Below, piece by piece: positions 9,794 to 20,217 of a DNA stretch of 64,000 nucleotides. The first letter of the stretch is position 1. Each line of letters opens with the position of its first letter. The notes below the pieces were generated by a model, which saw only the letters and a list, made by a program, of their open reading frames with translations, did not search any database and had not been told where the DNA came from. This DNA comes from Acidimicrobiia bacterium. GTDB lineage: Bacteria; Actinomycetota; Acidimicrobiia; Spongiisociales; ZC4RG35. Made by a program: the position numbers and the translations under genes. The DNA is taken from positions 4,333-68,332 of the forward strand of contig JAWOJB010000025.1 in assembly GCA_046484325.1 (NCBI GenBank), read 5' to 3'.

Positions 9794-10707
9794 CAGCCGC
9801 CTCCCGCCAGGATCGAACCGAGCATCTGCAGCTCCTCGGTGGCGCTGTTGAGCACCCGGTAGTCGCCGAGGTCGCGGATCGTGTCGATGCGGTCGGCGAT
9901 CTCCTCGACCGTGGGCAGCACCTTCTGGCCGGCGAACCAGCCCTGGTTGAGGCCGATGAAGAAGCGGGCATAGCGGCCGCCCCCGGCCGAGAACACCTCG
10001 TGGGTGTACGGGTTCGCCTCCGAGCACAGGTAGACCACCATGGGCATCACCTGGTCCGGATCGACCATGTCGGCGAAGGGTCCGAGCAGGTCCTCGGTCA
10101 TCCGGGTCCGGGCCACCGGGGCGATGACGTTGGACTGGATCCCGTACTTCATCCCCTCGATCGCGAGGACGTTGGAGAGCCCGACGAGGCCCATCTTGGC
10201 TGCCCCATAGTTGGCCTGGCCAAAATTCCCGAGGATGCCGGCGTTGGAGGAGGCGAACACAAAGCGGCCATACGCCTTGTCCTTCATCACCTTGAAGGCC
10301 GGCTGGGAGACGTAGAAGGCCCCCTTCAGGTGCACGTCGAGGACGGCGTGCAGCTCGTCCCACGTCATGTTGGCGAAGCTCCGATCCCGGAGGATGCCGG
10401 CGTTGTTCACGACGATGTCGAGGGTGCCGAAGGCGTCGAGGGCGGTACGCACGATCGCCTCGCCGTTCTCGGGAGTCGACACCGAGTCGTAGTTGGCCGC
10501 GGCCTCGCCCCCGGCCGACCGGATCTCCTCGACCACCACGTCCGCCGCCCGCGTCGAGCCGCCGCTACCGTCGACCGCCCCGCCCAGGTCGTTCACGACC
10601 ACCCGGGCGCCGCGCCTCGCCAGTTCGAGTGCGTAGGCCCTTCCCAGGCCGCCCCCGGCCCCGGTGACGATCGCCACCCGGCCGTCGAATGTGATCGGTT
10701 CAGTCAT
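9793..10707 (-). CDS. Short-chain dehydrogenase, MFE-2-type 3-hydroxyacyl-CoA dehydrogenase
   Basis: 304-aa ORF. VTGAGGGLGRAYA cofactor motif, NNAG, catalytic YGAAKMG. Confidence 0.8.
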   Translation of the reverse strand: MTEPITFDGRVAIVTGAGGGLGRAYALELARRGARVVVNDLGGAVDGSGGSTRAADVVVEEIRSAGGEAAANYDSVSTPENGEAIVRTALDAFGTLDIVVNNAGILRDRSFANMTWDELHAVLDVHLKGAFYVSQPAFKVMKDKAYGRFVFASSNAGILGNFGQANYGAAKMGLVGLSNVLAIEGMKYGIQSNVIAPVARTRMTEDLLGPFADMVDPDQVMPMVVYLCSEANPYTHEVFSAGGGRYARFFIGLNQGWFAGQKVLPTVEEIADRIDTIRDLGDYRVLNSATEELQMLGSILAGGG

Positions 10708-10734
10708 GTCCCACCTCGGTGTCGTTGCCCGGTA

Positions 10735-11883
10735 TCACAGGCCGAGCGAGCGGCCGATGATCTCCTTCATGATCTCGGTCGTGCCCCCGTAGATCGTCTG
10801 CACCCTGGCATCCCGGTAGGCCCGGGCGATCGGGTACTCCTCCATGTAACCCCAGCCTCCGAACATCTGGAGGCAGGAGTCGATCACCCGCTTCTCCAGC
10901 TCGGTGCACCACCACTTCCCTTTCGCCGCCTCCTCGGCCGTCAACTCCCCGTCGCTGAGGGCCAGGATGGAGCGGTCGACGTATGCCCGGGCCACGTCGA
11001 GCTCGGTGCGCAGCTCCGCCATCCGGTGTTTCACGACCTGGAACGAACCGATCGGCGAGCCGAAGGCCCGGCGTTCCCGCACGTAGTCGAGCGTCCACCC
11101 GAACGCCGCCTCGGCGTGGGCGAGGGAACCGACGGTGAGCGACAGCCGCTCCTGGGGCAGGTTCTCGACCAGGTGCACGAACCCCCGACCCTCCTCGCCG
11201 AGGAGGTTGGCGACCGGGACGTGGACGTCGTGGAAGAAGAGCTCGGAGGTGTCCTGGGCATGGAGCCCGATCTTGTCGAGGTTGCGACCGCGGGTGAACC
11301 CCTCCATCCCCTCCTCGACGACGAGCAAGCTCATCCCGGCATGGCGCCGGCTCGGATCGGTCTTCACCGCCGTGATCACCAGATCGGAGTTGATCCCGTT
11401 GGTGATGAAGGTCTTCGAGCCGTTCACGATGAAGTGGTCACCGTCGGGCACGGCGGTGGTGGCGATCCCGGCCAGGTCGGACCCGGCTCCCGGCTCGGTC
11501 ATGGCGATGGCCGACATCAGCTCCCCGGAAGCGAGCCCGGGGAGCCAGCGCTCCTTCTGCTCGTCGGTGGCGAGGTCGGTGAAGTAGGGGAGGCAGACGT
11601 CGTTGTGGAGGGTGATGCACATGCCCGACCCCATCACGTCGGCTCGCATCACCTCTTCGTCGATGACGGCGTTGAAGCGGAAGTCCCTGACCCCGCCGCC
11701 CCCGTATGCCTCAGGGACGGCCATCCCGAGCAGCCCCTGCTCCCCCGCCTTGCGGAACATTGCCTTGTCGACCCTCCCCGCCTCCTCCCAGGCCCGGTGG
11801 TGGGGAGCGATCTCCTTGTCCATGAACGAACGGGCGGTCGACCGGAAGATCTCGTGATCCTCGTCGAAGATGGTTCGTCGCAC
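10735..11883 (-). CDS. fadE: Acyl-CoA dehydrogenase
   Basis: GTG at 11883 lies 7 nt after GGGAGG. MTEPGAGSDLAG, FITNG and C-terminal YGGTTEIMKEIIGR motifs. Confidence 0.85.
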   Translation of the reverse strand: MRRTIFDEDHEIFRSTARSFMDKEIAPHHRAWEEAGRVDKAMFRKAGEQGLLGMAVPEAYGGGGVRDFRFNAVIDEEVMRADVMGSGMCITLHNDVCLPYFTDLATDEQKERWLPGLASGELMSAIAMTEPGAGSDLAGIATTAVPDGDHFIVNGSKTFITNGINSDLVITAVKTDPSRRHAGMSLLVVEEGMEGFTRGRNLDKIGLHAQDTSELFFHDVHVPVANLLGEEGRGFVHLVENLPQERLSLTVGSLAHAEAAFGWTLDYVRERRAFGSPIGSFQVVKHRMAELRTELDVARAYVDRSILALSDGELTAEEAAKGKWWCTELEKRVIDSCLQMFGGWGYMEEYPIARAYRDARVQTIYGGTTEIMKEIIGRSLGL

Positions 11884-11922
11884 GGCTACGCCTCCCTCGC
11901 CGGTCCGATCGGGCCTCGGGGC

Positions 11923-11958
11923 GGCCGGTCGCACCCGCCTGGACGAGTGCGACCGGCC
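11923..11958 (-). terminator. Perfect 12-bp GC-rich hairpin 16 nt downstream of the fadD stop (terminator-like; no U-tract)
   Basis: GGCCGGTCGCAC (11923-11934) is the exact reverse complement of GTGCGACCGGCC (11947-11958). Loop is 12 nt. Confidence 0.45.
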
Positions 11959-11974
11959 GGTGCCGGCAGCTCGC

Positions 11975-13762
11975 TCACTCCCCGTAGAGGCCGGCGATGG
12001 CGGTGGCGAAGCGCTCCGAGACCACGGCCCGCTTCACCTTGAGGGTGGGGGTCAGCTCCCCGCTCTCCACGGCGAAGTCCGTGGGCAGGATCGTGAACTT
12101 CCTGATTGCCTCGGCCTTCGACACGGCGGCATTCGCATCGTCGACCGCCTTCTGGATCTCGGCGACGAGGTCGGGGTCCTCGACCATATCGGCGACGGTC
12201 CCGATCTTGCCCTTCTCGGTCACCCAGCGGCCGAACGCCTCGGGGTCGATGGTTACGACGGCCGCGATGAACGGCTTGCCGTCGCCCACCACCATGCTCT
12301 GGCTGACGAGCTGGTGGGCGTTGATACGGTCCTCGAGCACGATCGGGGCGACGTTCTTGCCGCCGGCGGTGACGATGAGCTCCTTCTTGCGACCGGTGAT
12401 CCGCAAGAACCCCTGCTCGTCGAGCTCGCCGATATCGCCGGAGTGGAACCACCCGCTCGGCTCGATCGCAGCCGCGGTGGCCTCGGGGTTCTGCCAGTAG
12501 CCCTGGAAGACCCCGCATCCCTTGATGAGGATCTCGCCGTCGTCGGCGATCCGCACGGCCGTGTCCGGGGCAGGGCGCCCGACGGTGCCGATCTCGATCT
12601 CCCGGGGAGAGTTGTAGGTCGAGGCGGCGGTCGTCTCGGTGAGCCCGTATCCCTCGAGCACCAGCAACCCGATGCCGTTGAAGAAGTGGCCGAGGCGCTC
12701 GCCGAGGGCTGCACCGCCCGAGACCGAGTAGCGGAGGCGCTCGCCGAAGACGTGGCGGAGCTTGGAGTAGACCAGCTTGTCGAAGATCCCGTGCAGGATC
12801 TTGGTCATGAGCGGCGTGCTCCCCGACTGCTGGCCCCTCGAGTAGGCGATCGCCACATCGGCGGCCTTGTCGAAGATCTTGCCCTTGCCGTCGTCCGCCG
12901 CCTTCTGGCGGGCGCCGTTGTAGATCTTTTCGAACACCCTCGGCACTGCGAAGACGAACCAGGGCTTGGCCATCCCCAGCTCCTCGGTGAGGGCCGGGAT
13001 CCCGGTCGAGTAGGCGATCCGCATCCCGTTCATCACGCACGCCACCTGGACGACCCTGGCGAAGATGTGCGCGAGAGGCAGGAACATGAGGTTCGTCTCG
13101 CCCGCCTTGATCACGTCGCCCAGGTCCTGGGAGACGTGGCGGCTGATCTGCAGGAAGTTGCCGTGCGTGATGATGCACCCCTTGGGGCGCCCGGTGGTTC
13201 CCGACGTGTACACAAGTGTGGCGAGGTCGCTCTGGGAGAGCCCGCCGGCCCGCTGCAGAACCTCGTCGTCGGTGATCCCCTGCCCGGCGGCGATGATGGC
13301 GTCGAGGCCCCCGGACTCGAGCGAGAAGTCATGGGGGCAGGTGCCCAGCGCCCCGGCCCGCTCCTTGTACACCGCCTGCAACTCGTCGGTGGCGCACACG
13401 ATGGCCTGGGCGCCGGAGTCGCCGATGATCCACTCGACCTGCTCGGCCGAGGAGGTCTCGTAGATGGTGACGGTGGCGCACCCGGCCGCCCAGATCGCGT
13501 AGTCCAGGAGGGTGAACTCGAGGCGAGTGGGCATGAAGATGGCAATCCGGCTGCCCGGCTCGATCCCGAGTGCCACGAACCCGGCCGCGATCCTCCGGAC
13601 CTTCGACGCGAAATCGGCGGTCGAGACGTCGACGAAGCGGTCGCCCTCCCGGTAGGCCAGGGCTGCCCGATTGGGATGGTTCGCCTCGTGCTCCCACAAC
13701 GACGTGGTGAGGTTCTCGGCGGGATCGATCTCGGCCAGCGGTGGCCTGCTGTACTCACGCAT
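11975..13762 (-). CDS. fadD: Long-chain fatty-acid--CoA ligase (AMP-dependent synthetase)
   Basis: 595-aa ORF with the AMP-binding signature YTSGTTGRPKG and later GWFHSGDIG and TGRKKELI motifs. Confidence 0.85.
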   Translation of the reverse strand: MREYSRPPLAEIDPAENLTTSLWEHEANHPNRAALAYREGDRFVDVSTADFASKVRRIAAGFVALGIEPGSRIAIFMPTRLEFTLLDYAIWAAGCATVTIYETSSAEQVEWIIGDSGAQAIVCATDELQAVYKERAGALGTCPHDFSLESGGLDAIIAAGQGITDDEVLQRAGGLSQSDLATLVYTSGTTGRPKGCIITHGNFLQISRHVSQDLGDVIKAGETNLMFLPLAHIFARVVQVACVMNGMRIAYSTGIPALTEELGMAKPWFVFAVPRVFEKIYNGARQKAADDGKGKIFDKAADVAIAYSRGQQSGSTPLMTKILHGIFDKLVYSKLRHVFGERLRYSVSGGAALGERLGHFFNGIGLLVLEGYGLTETTAASTYNSPREIEIGTVGRPAPDTAVRIADDGEILIKGCGVFQGYWQNPEATAAAIEPSGWFHSGDIGELDEQGFLRITGRKKELIVTAGGKNVAPIVLEDRINAHQLVSQSMVVGDGKPFIAAVVTIDPEAFGRWVTEKGKIGTVADMVEDPDLVAEIQKAVDDANAAVSKAEAIRKFTILPTDFAVESGELTPTLKVKRAVVSERFATAIAGLYGE

Positions 13763-13834
13763 GAAGGCTCCTCCTCCGGGGGTGGCACGAGCCTACCGAT
13801 TACGAGGCCCGACCGGCCAGGGGCATCCGGCCCC

Positions 13835-14980
13835 TCAGGAGTCGCCTGCTCGCCGCGCAGTGCGCGCCTCGAGCAGGGTTTCGATCTCGCCTTCGCCGAA
13901 CCCGGCCGAGGCCAGCACCTCCTCGGTGTGGGTTCCCGGTGCCGGAGGGGGGATCGGCGATCGTCGGGGATGGGCGGAGAACCGGGGCGCCGGGCCCGGC
14001 TGCTCGACGTCACCCACCGGCACGAACGTCTCACGTGCGACGAGATGGGGGTGGGCCACCGCCTCGTCCAACGACATCACGGGGGCGACGCAGGCATCGG
14101 TGCCGGCGAACACAGCCACCCATTCTTCTCGGGTCCGCCCACGAAAGGCCTCCTCGAACCTGGCTCGCAACGCCGGCCAGCCGGACACGTCGAGCTGGGC
14201 GGGCACCTCGAGCGGGTCGATCTCGAGGCCGGCGAGCAGCTCGGCGAAGAACTGCGGCTCGAGCGCACCCACCGCCATCGCCCGCCCATCGGCGGTCATG
14301 TACGTGTCATAGAAGGGGGCGCCACCGTCCAGCAGGTTCACGCCCCGCCGATCGTGCCAGAACCCCCACGAGCGCAGCTCGAACGTCGGCTGCATCAGCA
14401 GGGCGGCGCCGTCGACCATGGCGGCGTCGACCACCTGGCCCCGACCCGAGCCCCGGGATTCGAGCAAGGCCGCCACGATCCCGAACGCCAGCAGCATGCC
14501 TCCGCCCCCGAAGTCGCCGACGAGGTTGAGCGGGGGTACCGGCCGCTCTCCCCCACGGCCGATGGCATGGAGGGCACCCGTGAGGGCGATGTAGTCGATG
14601 TCGTGCCCGGCGGTCTTCGCCAGCGGCCCGTCCTGACCCCAGCCGGTCATCCGCCCATAGACCAGTTGCGGGTTGCGCCCCAGACAGACCTCTGGGCCGA
14701 GCCCGAGGCGCTCGGCCACGCCCGGGCGGTACCCCTCGATGAGCGCATCGGAGCGCTCGACCAGACGGAGCACCACCTCCACCCCTTCGGGCCGCTTGAG
14801 GTCGATGACGATCGACCGGCGGCCGCGCCGAGACGGGTTGGGAATGGGGAGCGAGCCCTCGGAGGGCCGCTCGACCATCACGACGTCGGCACCCTGGTCG
14901 GCGAGGACCATCCCGCAGAATGGGCCGGGACCGATCCCGGCCAGCTCGACGACATGAATGCCCGAAAGGGGTCCCGACAT
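13835..14980 (-). CDS. Family III CoA-transferase / alpha-methylacyl-CoA racemase-like
   Basis: In-frame ATG at 14980 (MSGPLSGIHVVELAGIGPGPFCGM) inside track ORF 13835..15949. ALIEGYRPGV and GHDIDYIALTGAL patterns typical of the CaiB/BaiF/Mcr family. Confidence 0.8.
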   Translation of the reverse strand: MSGPLSGIHVVELAGIGPGPFCGMVLADQGADVVMVERPSEGSLPIPNPSRRGRRSIVIDLKRPEGVEVVLRLVERSDALIEGYRPGVAERLGLGPEVCLGRNPQLVYGRMTGWGQDGPLAKTAGHDIDYIALTGALHAIGRGGERPVPPLNLVGDFGGGGMLLAFGIVAALLESRGSGRGQVVDAAMVDGAALLMQPTFELRSWGFWHDRRGVNLLDGGAPFYDTYMTADGRAMAVGALEPQFFAELLAGLEIDPLEVPAQLDVSGWPALRARFEEAFRGRTREEWVAVFAGTDACVAPVMSLDEAVAHPHLVARETFVPVGDVEQPGPAPRFSAHPRRSPIPPPAPGTHTEEVLASAGFGEGEIETLLEARTARRAGDS

Positions 14981-15007
14981 GGAGCGGGACGGTAGTGCGG
15001 GTGCGCC

Positions 15008-16582
15008 GTGCGTCGTGCGCCGTGCCCAGTGCCCTCCCCGCAGTCGGCAATCCGCACTACGGGTACGCTCACGCGGCTGCGGTCCGAGGAGGCCCCCATC
15101 ATCACCCGTTCCAGCGGCGTTCTGTTGCACCCGACCTCCCTGCCCGGTCAGGGCGGGATCGGCGAGCTCGGTGGCGCGGCCCACCGCTTCGTCGAGGTGC
15201 TCGCCGGCATGCGCCAGTCCTGGTGGCAGATGCTCCCCGTGGGACCGACCGGGTTCGCCGACTCCCCGTACCAGTCGCCCTCGACCTTCGCGGGCAACCC
15301 GCTCCTCGTCGACCTCGTCGCCCTCGCCGACGAAGGTCTGCTCGAGGCGGACGAGCTGGCGCCGCTCACCGGCCTCCCCATGGACCGGGTCGACTACGGC
15401 GAGGTGATCCCGATCCGGAGGGGGCTTCTCGACCTCGCCGCCGACCGATTCCTCGCCGAGCGGCGACGGCGGCGCGAGCTCGGGCGCTTCCGGGAGGCCC
15501 ACGGCCCCGTGTGGCTCGACGAGTATGCCCTGTTCGCGGCGCTCAAGCAGGCCCACGACCTGCGGGAATGGACCAGCTGGGAACCGGATCTGGTATCGAG
15601 ACAACCCGAGGCCCTCGATGCTGCCCGTCGCGAGCTCCGCACCGAGATCCGCCGCCACGAGGTGATCCAGTTTCTCTTCCGGCGGCAGTGGGCCGAGCTC
15701 CGCCGGGTCTGCGCCGCCCACGGCATCCGGCTCATCGGCGACCTGCCGATCTTCGTGGCCCACGACTCGGCCGAGGTCTGGGCCAACCCGCACCTGTTCT
15801 TCCTCGACGGAGACGGCCGGCCGACCGTGGTGGCCGGCGTGCCACCCGACTACTTCAGCGAGACCGGCCAGCGCTGGGGCAACCCGCTGTACCGCTGGAC
15901 CCGGCATCGCGCCGATGGGTTCACCTGGTGGATGGCCCGGCTCCGGCACGTCTTCTCAATGTTCGACCTCGTCCGGGTCGACCACTTCCGCGGGTTCGCC
16001 GGCTACTGGGAGATCCCCGCCTCCGAGCCCACGGCCGTGAAGGGCCGATGGGTGAAGGCCCCGGGGCGCGAGCTCTTCGACGCCTGCCTGGCCGGGTTCG
16101 ACGACCTCCCGGTCATCGCCGAGGACCTGGGCGTCATCACCGAGGACGTCGAGGAGTTGCGCGACCGCTACGGATTCCCCGGCATGAAGGTCCTGCAGTT
16201 CGGGTTCGGGTTCGACAGCGAACATCACCCGGGTGCCGTGCGCGAGCGGGTGATCGTCTACACAGGCACGCACGACAACGACACCACCCTCGGCTGGTTC
16301 TCGGATCCCGCCTACGCCGAGGAACAGGCCGCCGCCCTGAAGTTCACGGACACCGACGGCTCGGAGTTCAACTGGGACCTGATGCGCGTGGCCATGGGCT
16401 CGGTGGCCGAGACTGCGATCGTGCCGCTCCAGGACGTGCTCGGACTGGGATCCGAGGCCCGGATGAACACCCCAGGCGTCCCGTCGGGAAACTGGGGCTG
16501 GCGGTTCGACTGGGAGCAGCTGACCCCCGACATCGCCGAGCGGTTCCGGGCGCTCACCGAGGAGACCGGCCGGGCCCGCTAG
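15008..16582 (+). CDS. malQ: 4-alpha-glucanotransferase (amylomaltase); start uncertain
   Basis: SGVLLHPTSLPG, DSPYQSPS and GTHDNDT motifs. Homology begins about 30 codons after the GTG at 15008. A GAGGAGG at about 15086 suggests a later, non-canonical start. Confidence 0.85.
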   Translation: MRRAPCPVPSPQSAIRTTGTLTRLRSEEAPIITRSSGVLLHPTSLPGQGGIGELGGAAHRFVEVLAGMRQSWWQMLPVGPTGFADSPYQSPSTFAGNPLLVDLVALADEGLLEADELAPLTGLPMDRVDYGEVIPIRRGLLDLAADRFLAERRRRRELGRFREAHGPVWLDEYALFAALKQAHDLREWTSWEPDLVSRQPEALDAARRELRTEIRRHEVIQFLFRRQWAELRRVCAAHGIRLIGDLPIFVAHDSAEVWANPHLFFLDGDGRPTVVAGVPPDYFSETGQRWGNPLYRWTRHRADGFTWWMARLRHVFSMFDLVRVDHFRGFAGYWEIPASEPTAVKGRWVKAPGRELFDACLAGFDDLPVIAEDLGVITEDVEELRDRYGFPGMKVLQFGFGFDSEHHPGAVRERVIVYTGTHDNDTTLGWFSDPAYAEEQAAALKFTDTDGSEFNWDLMRVAMGSVAETAIVPLQDVLGLGSEARMNTPGVPSGNWGWRFDWEQLTPDIAERFRALTEETGRAR

Positions 16583-16585
16583 CCC

Positions 16586-17461
16586 TCAGCGCTCGATCGG
16601 GACCCGAACGGCGTTGCCGTACTCGGTCCACGAGCCGTCGTAGTTGCGCACATGGGGGAAGCCCAGCAGGTACTTCAGGACGAACCACGTATGCGACGAG
16701 CGCTCGCCGATCCGGCAATACGAGATGACCTCGTCGGATGGCACCAGGCCGAGGTCGTCCTGATAGATCGCCCGGAGCTCCTCGACCGTCCGAAACGTCC
16801 CGTCGTCGGCGGCAGCCCGCTTCCACGGTACGTTGGCAGCCCCAGGGATGTGCCCGCCGCGGAGGGCGCCTTCGTTCGGGTAATCGGCCATGTGCAGACG
16901 CTCGCCCCGGAACTCCTCGGGGGACCGCACGTCGATGAGCGGCTTCCCGGCGTGGGAGTGCTCGACCGCATCGCCGAGGAAGGCCCGGATCACCGTGTCG
17001 TCCCGGGTCGGGATCGGGTACTCGATGGGCTGACGTTCGACGACCTCGGTGGTCAGGTTGCGACCCTCGGCGATCCACTTCTGCCGTCCCCCGTCGAGCA
17101 GCCGGACGTCACGATGGCCGAAGAGCGAGAAGACCCACAGGGCATAGGCCGCCCACCAGTTGAAGTTGTCGCCGTAGAAGACGACCGTGTCGTCGGCGGC
17201 GATGCCCTTGGCAGACATCAGCGCGGCGAATGCCTCTGCCGAGACGTAGTCGCGCACCAGGGCGTCGTTGAGGTCGGTGTGCCAGTCGATCTTGACGGCA
17301 CCCGGGATGTGCCCGGTTTCGTAGAGGAGCACGTCCTCGTCGGTCTCGACGACGACCAGCCCTTCGGCTTCGAGGTGCTCGGCCAGCCAGTCGGTGGAGA
17401 CGAGGCGCCCGGGGTGGGCATAGGTGGAGAGCTTCTCCGATGGGTCGGTGGGCACGGGCAT
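16586..17461 (-). CDS. sseA: Thiosulfate sulfurtransferase (tandem rhodanese)
   Basis: 291-aa ORF. Two rhodanese domains. Active-site loop [11 protein letters not shown]. Confidence 0.85.
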   Translation of the reverse strand: MPVPTDPSEKLSTYAHPGRLVSTDWLAEHLEAEGLVVVETDEDVLLYETGHIPGAVKIDWHTDLNDALVRDYVSAEAFAALMSAKGIAADDTVVFYGDNFNWWAAYALWVFSLFGHRDVRLLDGGRQKWIAEGRNLTTEVVERQPIEYPIPTRDDTVIRAFLGDAVEHSHAGKPLIDVRSPEEFRGERLHMADYPNEGALRGGHIPGAANVPWKRAAADDGTFRTVEELRAIYQDDLGLVPSDEVISYCRIGERSSHTWFVLKYLLGFPHVRNYDGSWTEYGNAVRVPIER

Positions 17462-17535
17462 GGCTGACTCCTGCGGTGGTGCCGGCCCAGGGTAGGTCGA
17501 AGCCGCACGAACGGGTACTGCCTACACTCGCCGAG

Positions 17536-17976
17536 GTGAGTCTTCCCCCCCGTCTCCTGCAGATCACCGAGGTCTTCGCCGAGTCTCCCAAGGAGTTCCG
17601 GGTCCAGGCCCTGCTCGACTTCGGCAGCCGGATCCCACCCCTCCCCGAGGACCTCGCCGCCGACCGGAACGGCCTCGAGCAGGTCCACGAGTGCGCGACC
17701 CCATTCTTCCTGGCTACCCGGGTGGAACCGGATGGTGCGGTCCACATGTTCTTCGAGGCGCCTCCCGAATCCCCCACCGTCCGCGGGTTCGCCGGCATCC
17801 TCTACGCCGGTCTCGACGGCGAGCCGGCCGACACGGTGCTGGCGGTTCCCGACGACTTCTTCTACGGAATGGGGCTGGAGGAGGTCGTCACGCCGCAGCG
17901 GCTGCGGGGGATGGCGGCGATCCTGGCGCGCCTCAAGCGACAGGTCCGGGAACGCCTGCCCACGCCGTCACCCTGA
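17536..17976 (+). CDS. sufE: SufE-like sulfur acceptor protein; start uncertain
   Basis: Distal part of track ORF 17440..17976. LLDFGSRIPPLPED and VHECATPFFL fit the SufE fold. Divergent from the rhodanese gene. Confidence 0.7.
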   Translation: MSLPPRLLQITEVFAESPKEFRVQALLDFGSRIPPLPEDLAADRNGLEQVHECATPFFLATRVEPDGAVHMFFEAPPESPTVRGFAGILYAGLDGEPADTVLAVPDDFFYGMGLEEVVTPQRLRGMAAILARLKRQVRERLPTPSP

Positions 17977-17989
17977 TCCGCCGCGGATG

Positions 17990-18364
17990 TCATTCGAGAG
18001 GATGTGAGCGCCGCCCTCGCCGGGCGTCGATCGCCACCAGCACCAGCCCTGCGAGCCCCAGCAGCAGGCCAGCCACGGTGGCCGGATCGGGGCTGGAGAC
18101 GAGCACGGTCGCCGCTCCCATCACCACGACGACCTGGAGCGCCGCCACCAGACCACGGCCTCCCGGACGCCGCCGCCACCACCACACCGCTACGCCGAGC
18201 GTCACGATGCCGAACCCGGCAGGCATCGCGGCAGACGACCACGGGATGAACCCGGGTGTGATCGAGCCGCCGATCGTCACGGTCAGCACCGCCACCGCGA
18301 GCGCACCCACCGCCTCAACCAGCAGCAACGCCATCAGCGCCGGACGAACCCATCGACCGTCCAT
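17990..18364 (-). CDS. Small integral membrane protein (about 4 TM), unknown function
   Basis: 124-aa ORF, strongly hydrophobic with Arg-rich loops. No family recognised. Confidence 0.45.
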   Translation of the reverse strand: MDGRWVRPALMALLLVEAVGALAVAVLTVTIGGSITPGFIPWSSAAMPAGFGIVTLGVAVWWWRRRPGGRGLVAALQVVVVMGAATVLVSSPDPATVAGLLLGLAGLVLVAIDARRGRRSHPLE

Positions 18365-18411
18365 GGCCTCAGGGTGACCGATTCACGGCCACCAGGCCGC
18401 AGCCGGGCGAC

Positions 18412-18609
18412 TCATCCGGCCCGGGGACGGCGTCGCGCCCACGCCACCGTGACGGCCAGCAGGAGGGCCGTGACCGGCAGGATCCACACGATCCAGCCCA
18501 ACCACCAGAAGGCGGCGGCGACCAGGGCGATGCCGAGCACGAGGAGGGCGACGTCGAGAAGGCCGATCCGCGTACCCGAGCCGGCGGTCTCCGGTGCCGG
18601 GCCCGTCAT
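18412..18609 (-). CDS. Small membrane protein (2 TM), unknown function
   Basis: 65-aa ORF ([37 protein letters not shown]). The ATG overlaps the stop of the upstream SDR gene (ATGA). Confidence 0.4.
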   Translation of the reverse strand: MTGPAPETAGSGTRIGLLDVALLVLGIALVAAAFWWLGWIVWILPVTALLLAVTVAWARRRPRAG

Positions 18610-19370
18610 CGCGGCCCCATCCGTATGCCTCCGTCCATGCGGATGGTCTCGCCGTTCAGGTAGTCGTGGGTGAGGAGCACATAGGCGAGCTCGGCGTACT
18701 CGTCCGGTCGCCCGAGCCGCTTGGGGAACAGCACCTGCTGGGCCAGCGACTCCCTGGCCGGTTCGGGTAGCCCGGCCAGGAGCGGGGTGTCGATGAGGCC
18801 GGGGGCGATGGTGTTGACGCGGATGCCCACCGAGGAGAGATCCCGGGCGATGGGGAGGGTCATGCCCACGACGCCGCCCTTGGACGCCGAGTAGGCGGCC
18901 TGGCCGATCTGTCCGTCGAACGCCGCCACCGAGGCCGTGTTGACGATCGCACCCCGGCTCCCGTGCTTGTCGACGGGATCGAGCCCGGCCATCTCGACGG
19001 CGGCCAGCCGGATCGTGTTGAAGGTGCCGATCAGGTTGATCCGGACGACCTGCTCGAAGTGACCGAGGTCGTGGGGACGGCCGTCGCGGTCGAGGGTACG
19101 GGCCGGTGGCCCGATACCGGCGCAGTTCACGAGGGAGCGGAGCGGTCCGGCCTCGACCGCCGCCAGGACCGCGCCCCGGACCTGCTCTTCGTCGGTTACA
19201 TCGGTCGACACGAAGACACCGCCAACCTCGGTCGCCAGCGTCGCGCCCTTCTCTCCCTGCAGGTCGGCGATCACGACCACCGCCCCGGCGGCGGCGAGCC
19301 GCCTCACCGTCGCCGCCCCGAGCCCCGAGGCACCCCCGGTGACGATCGCGCTGGTGTTCGCCAGCTCCAT
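18606..19370 (-). CDS. Short-chain dehydrogenase, type-2 3-hydroxyacyl-CoA dehydrogenase-like
   Basis: ATG at 19370 preceded by [22 protein letters not shown] and YSASKGG motifs. Confidence 0.8.
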   Translation of the reverse strand: MELANTSAIVTGGASGLGAATVRRLAAAGAVVVIADLQGEKGATLATEVGGVFVSTDVTDEEQVRGAVLAAVEAGPLRSLVNCAGIGPPARTLDRDGRPHDLGHFEQVVRINLIGTFNTIRLAAVEMAGLDPVDKHGSRGAIVNTASVAAFDGQIGQAAYSASKGGVVGMTLPIARDLSSVGIRVNTIAPGLIDTPLLAGLPEPARESLAQQVLFPKRLGRPDEYAELAYVLLTHDYLNGETIRMDGGIRMGPR

Positions 19371-19433
19371 ACGCCCTCCTCTGCGTCGCACGGCGACGCT
19401 ACCAGCGGCCCGGCGGCCGACCTGCTGTCATGG

Positions 19434-20201
19434 GTGGCCGTGATCGGCGTGTTCGACAGCGGCGTGGGCGGGCTCTCGGTGCTCACGCGGATCCGAGCCC
19501 GGCTCCCGGCGGCCGACCTGCTCTACGTGGCCGACCGGGCCCGGGCCCCCTATGGACGGCGGAGTCTCGATGAGGTGCGGGGCTTCTCCGAGGTGATCAC
19601 CGACCGGCTGCTGGCCGAGGGGGCCGGGCTGGTCGTGGTGGCCTGCAACACCGCATCCGCGGCCGCCCTCCACCATCTCCGTGCCCGGCATCCCGCCGTC
19701 CCCTTCGTTGGGATGGAGCCTGCGGTCAAGCCGGCCGCGGCCCTCTCGGGCCGAGGGGTGGTGGGGGTGCTCGCCACCGCAGCCACCTTTCAGGGAGAGC
19801 TGTTCGCCTCGGTGGTCGACCGGTATGCCTCGGGTGTCGTCGTCGTGGCCGAGGCCTGCACCGGCTGGGTGGAGCTCGTCGAGCGGGGCACCGTCGCCGG
19901 GCCCGAGGCCGAGGCCGCGGTCCGCTCGCACCTCCGACCGGTGCTCGACGCCGGGGCCGACACCCTGGTCCTGGGCTGCACCCACTATCCGTTCCTGGCG
20001 CCGGTGATCCGGGCCGTCGCCGGAGACAAGGTCACAGTCGTGGACCCCTCGGACGCCGTGGCACGCCGGGTGGTCGAGGTTTCCGGCGCCGCCGCCGAGG
20101 GTGAAGGCCGGCTGCGGGTGGTCACCACCGCTCCAACCTCCGGACTCGACGCCCTCGTCGAGCACCTCACCGGCCTCCGGGTGCGGTCTGAGCGCTGGTG
20201 A
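19434..20201 (+). CDS. murI: Glutamate racemase
   Basis: Distal part of track ORF 18963..20201 (GTG at 19434 or 19440). VFDSGVGGLSV, ACNTASA and LGCTHYP catalytic-cysteine motifs. Confidence 0.85.
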   Translation: MAVIGVFDSGVGGLSVLTRIRARLPAADLLYVADRARAPYGRRSLDEVRGFSEVITDRLLAEGAGLVVVACNTASAAALHHLRARHPAVPFVGMEPAVKPAAALSGRGVVGVLATAATFQGELFASVVDRYASGVVVVAEACTGWVELVERGTVAGPEAEAAVRSHLRPVLDAGADTLVLGCTHYPFLAPVIRAVAGDKVTVVDPSDAVARRVVEVSGAAAEGEGRLRVVTTAPTSGLDALVEHLTGLRVRSERW

Positions 20202-20217
20202 CCTCTAGCCTGGGCGC

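Noticed and set aside
11870-14995. 1041-aa plus-strand ORF
   Set aside because: Antisense to fadD and the CoA-transferase gene. There are no recognisable motifs, and the composition is typical of a shadow frame.
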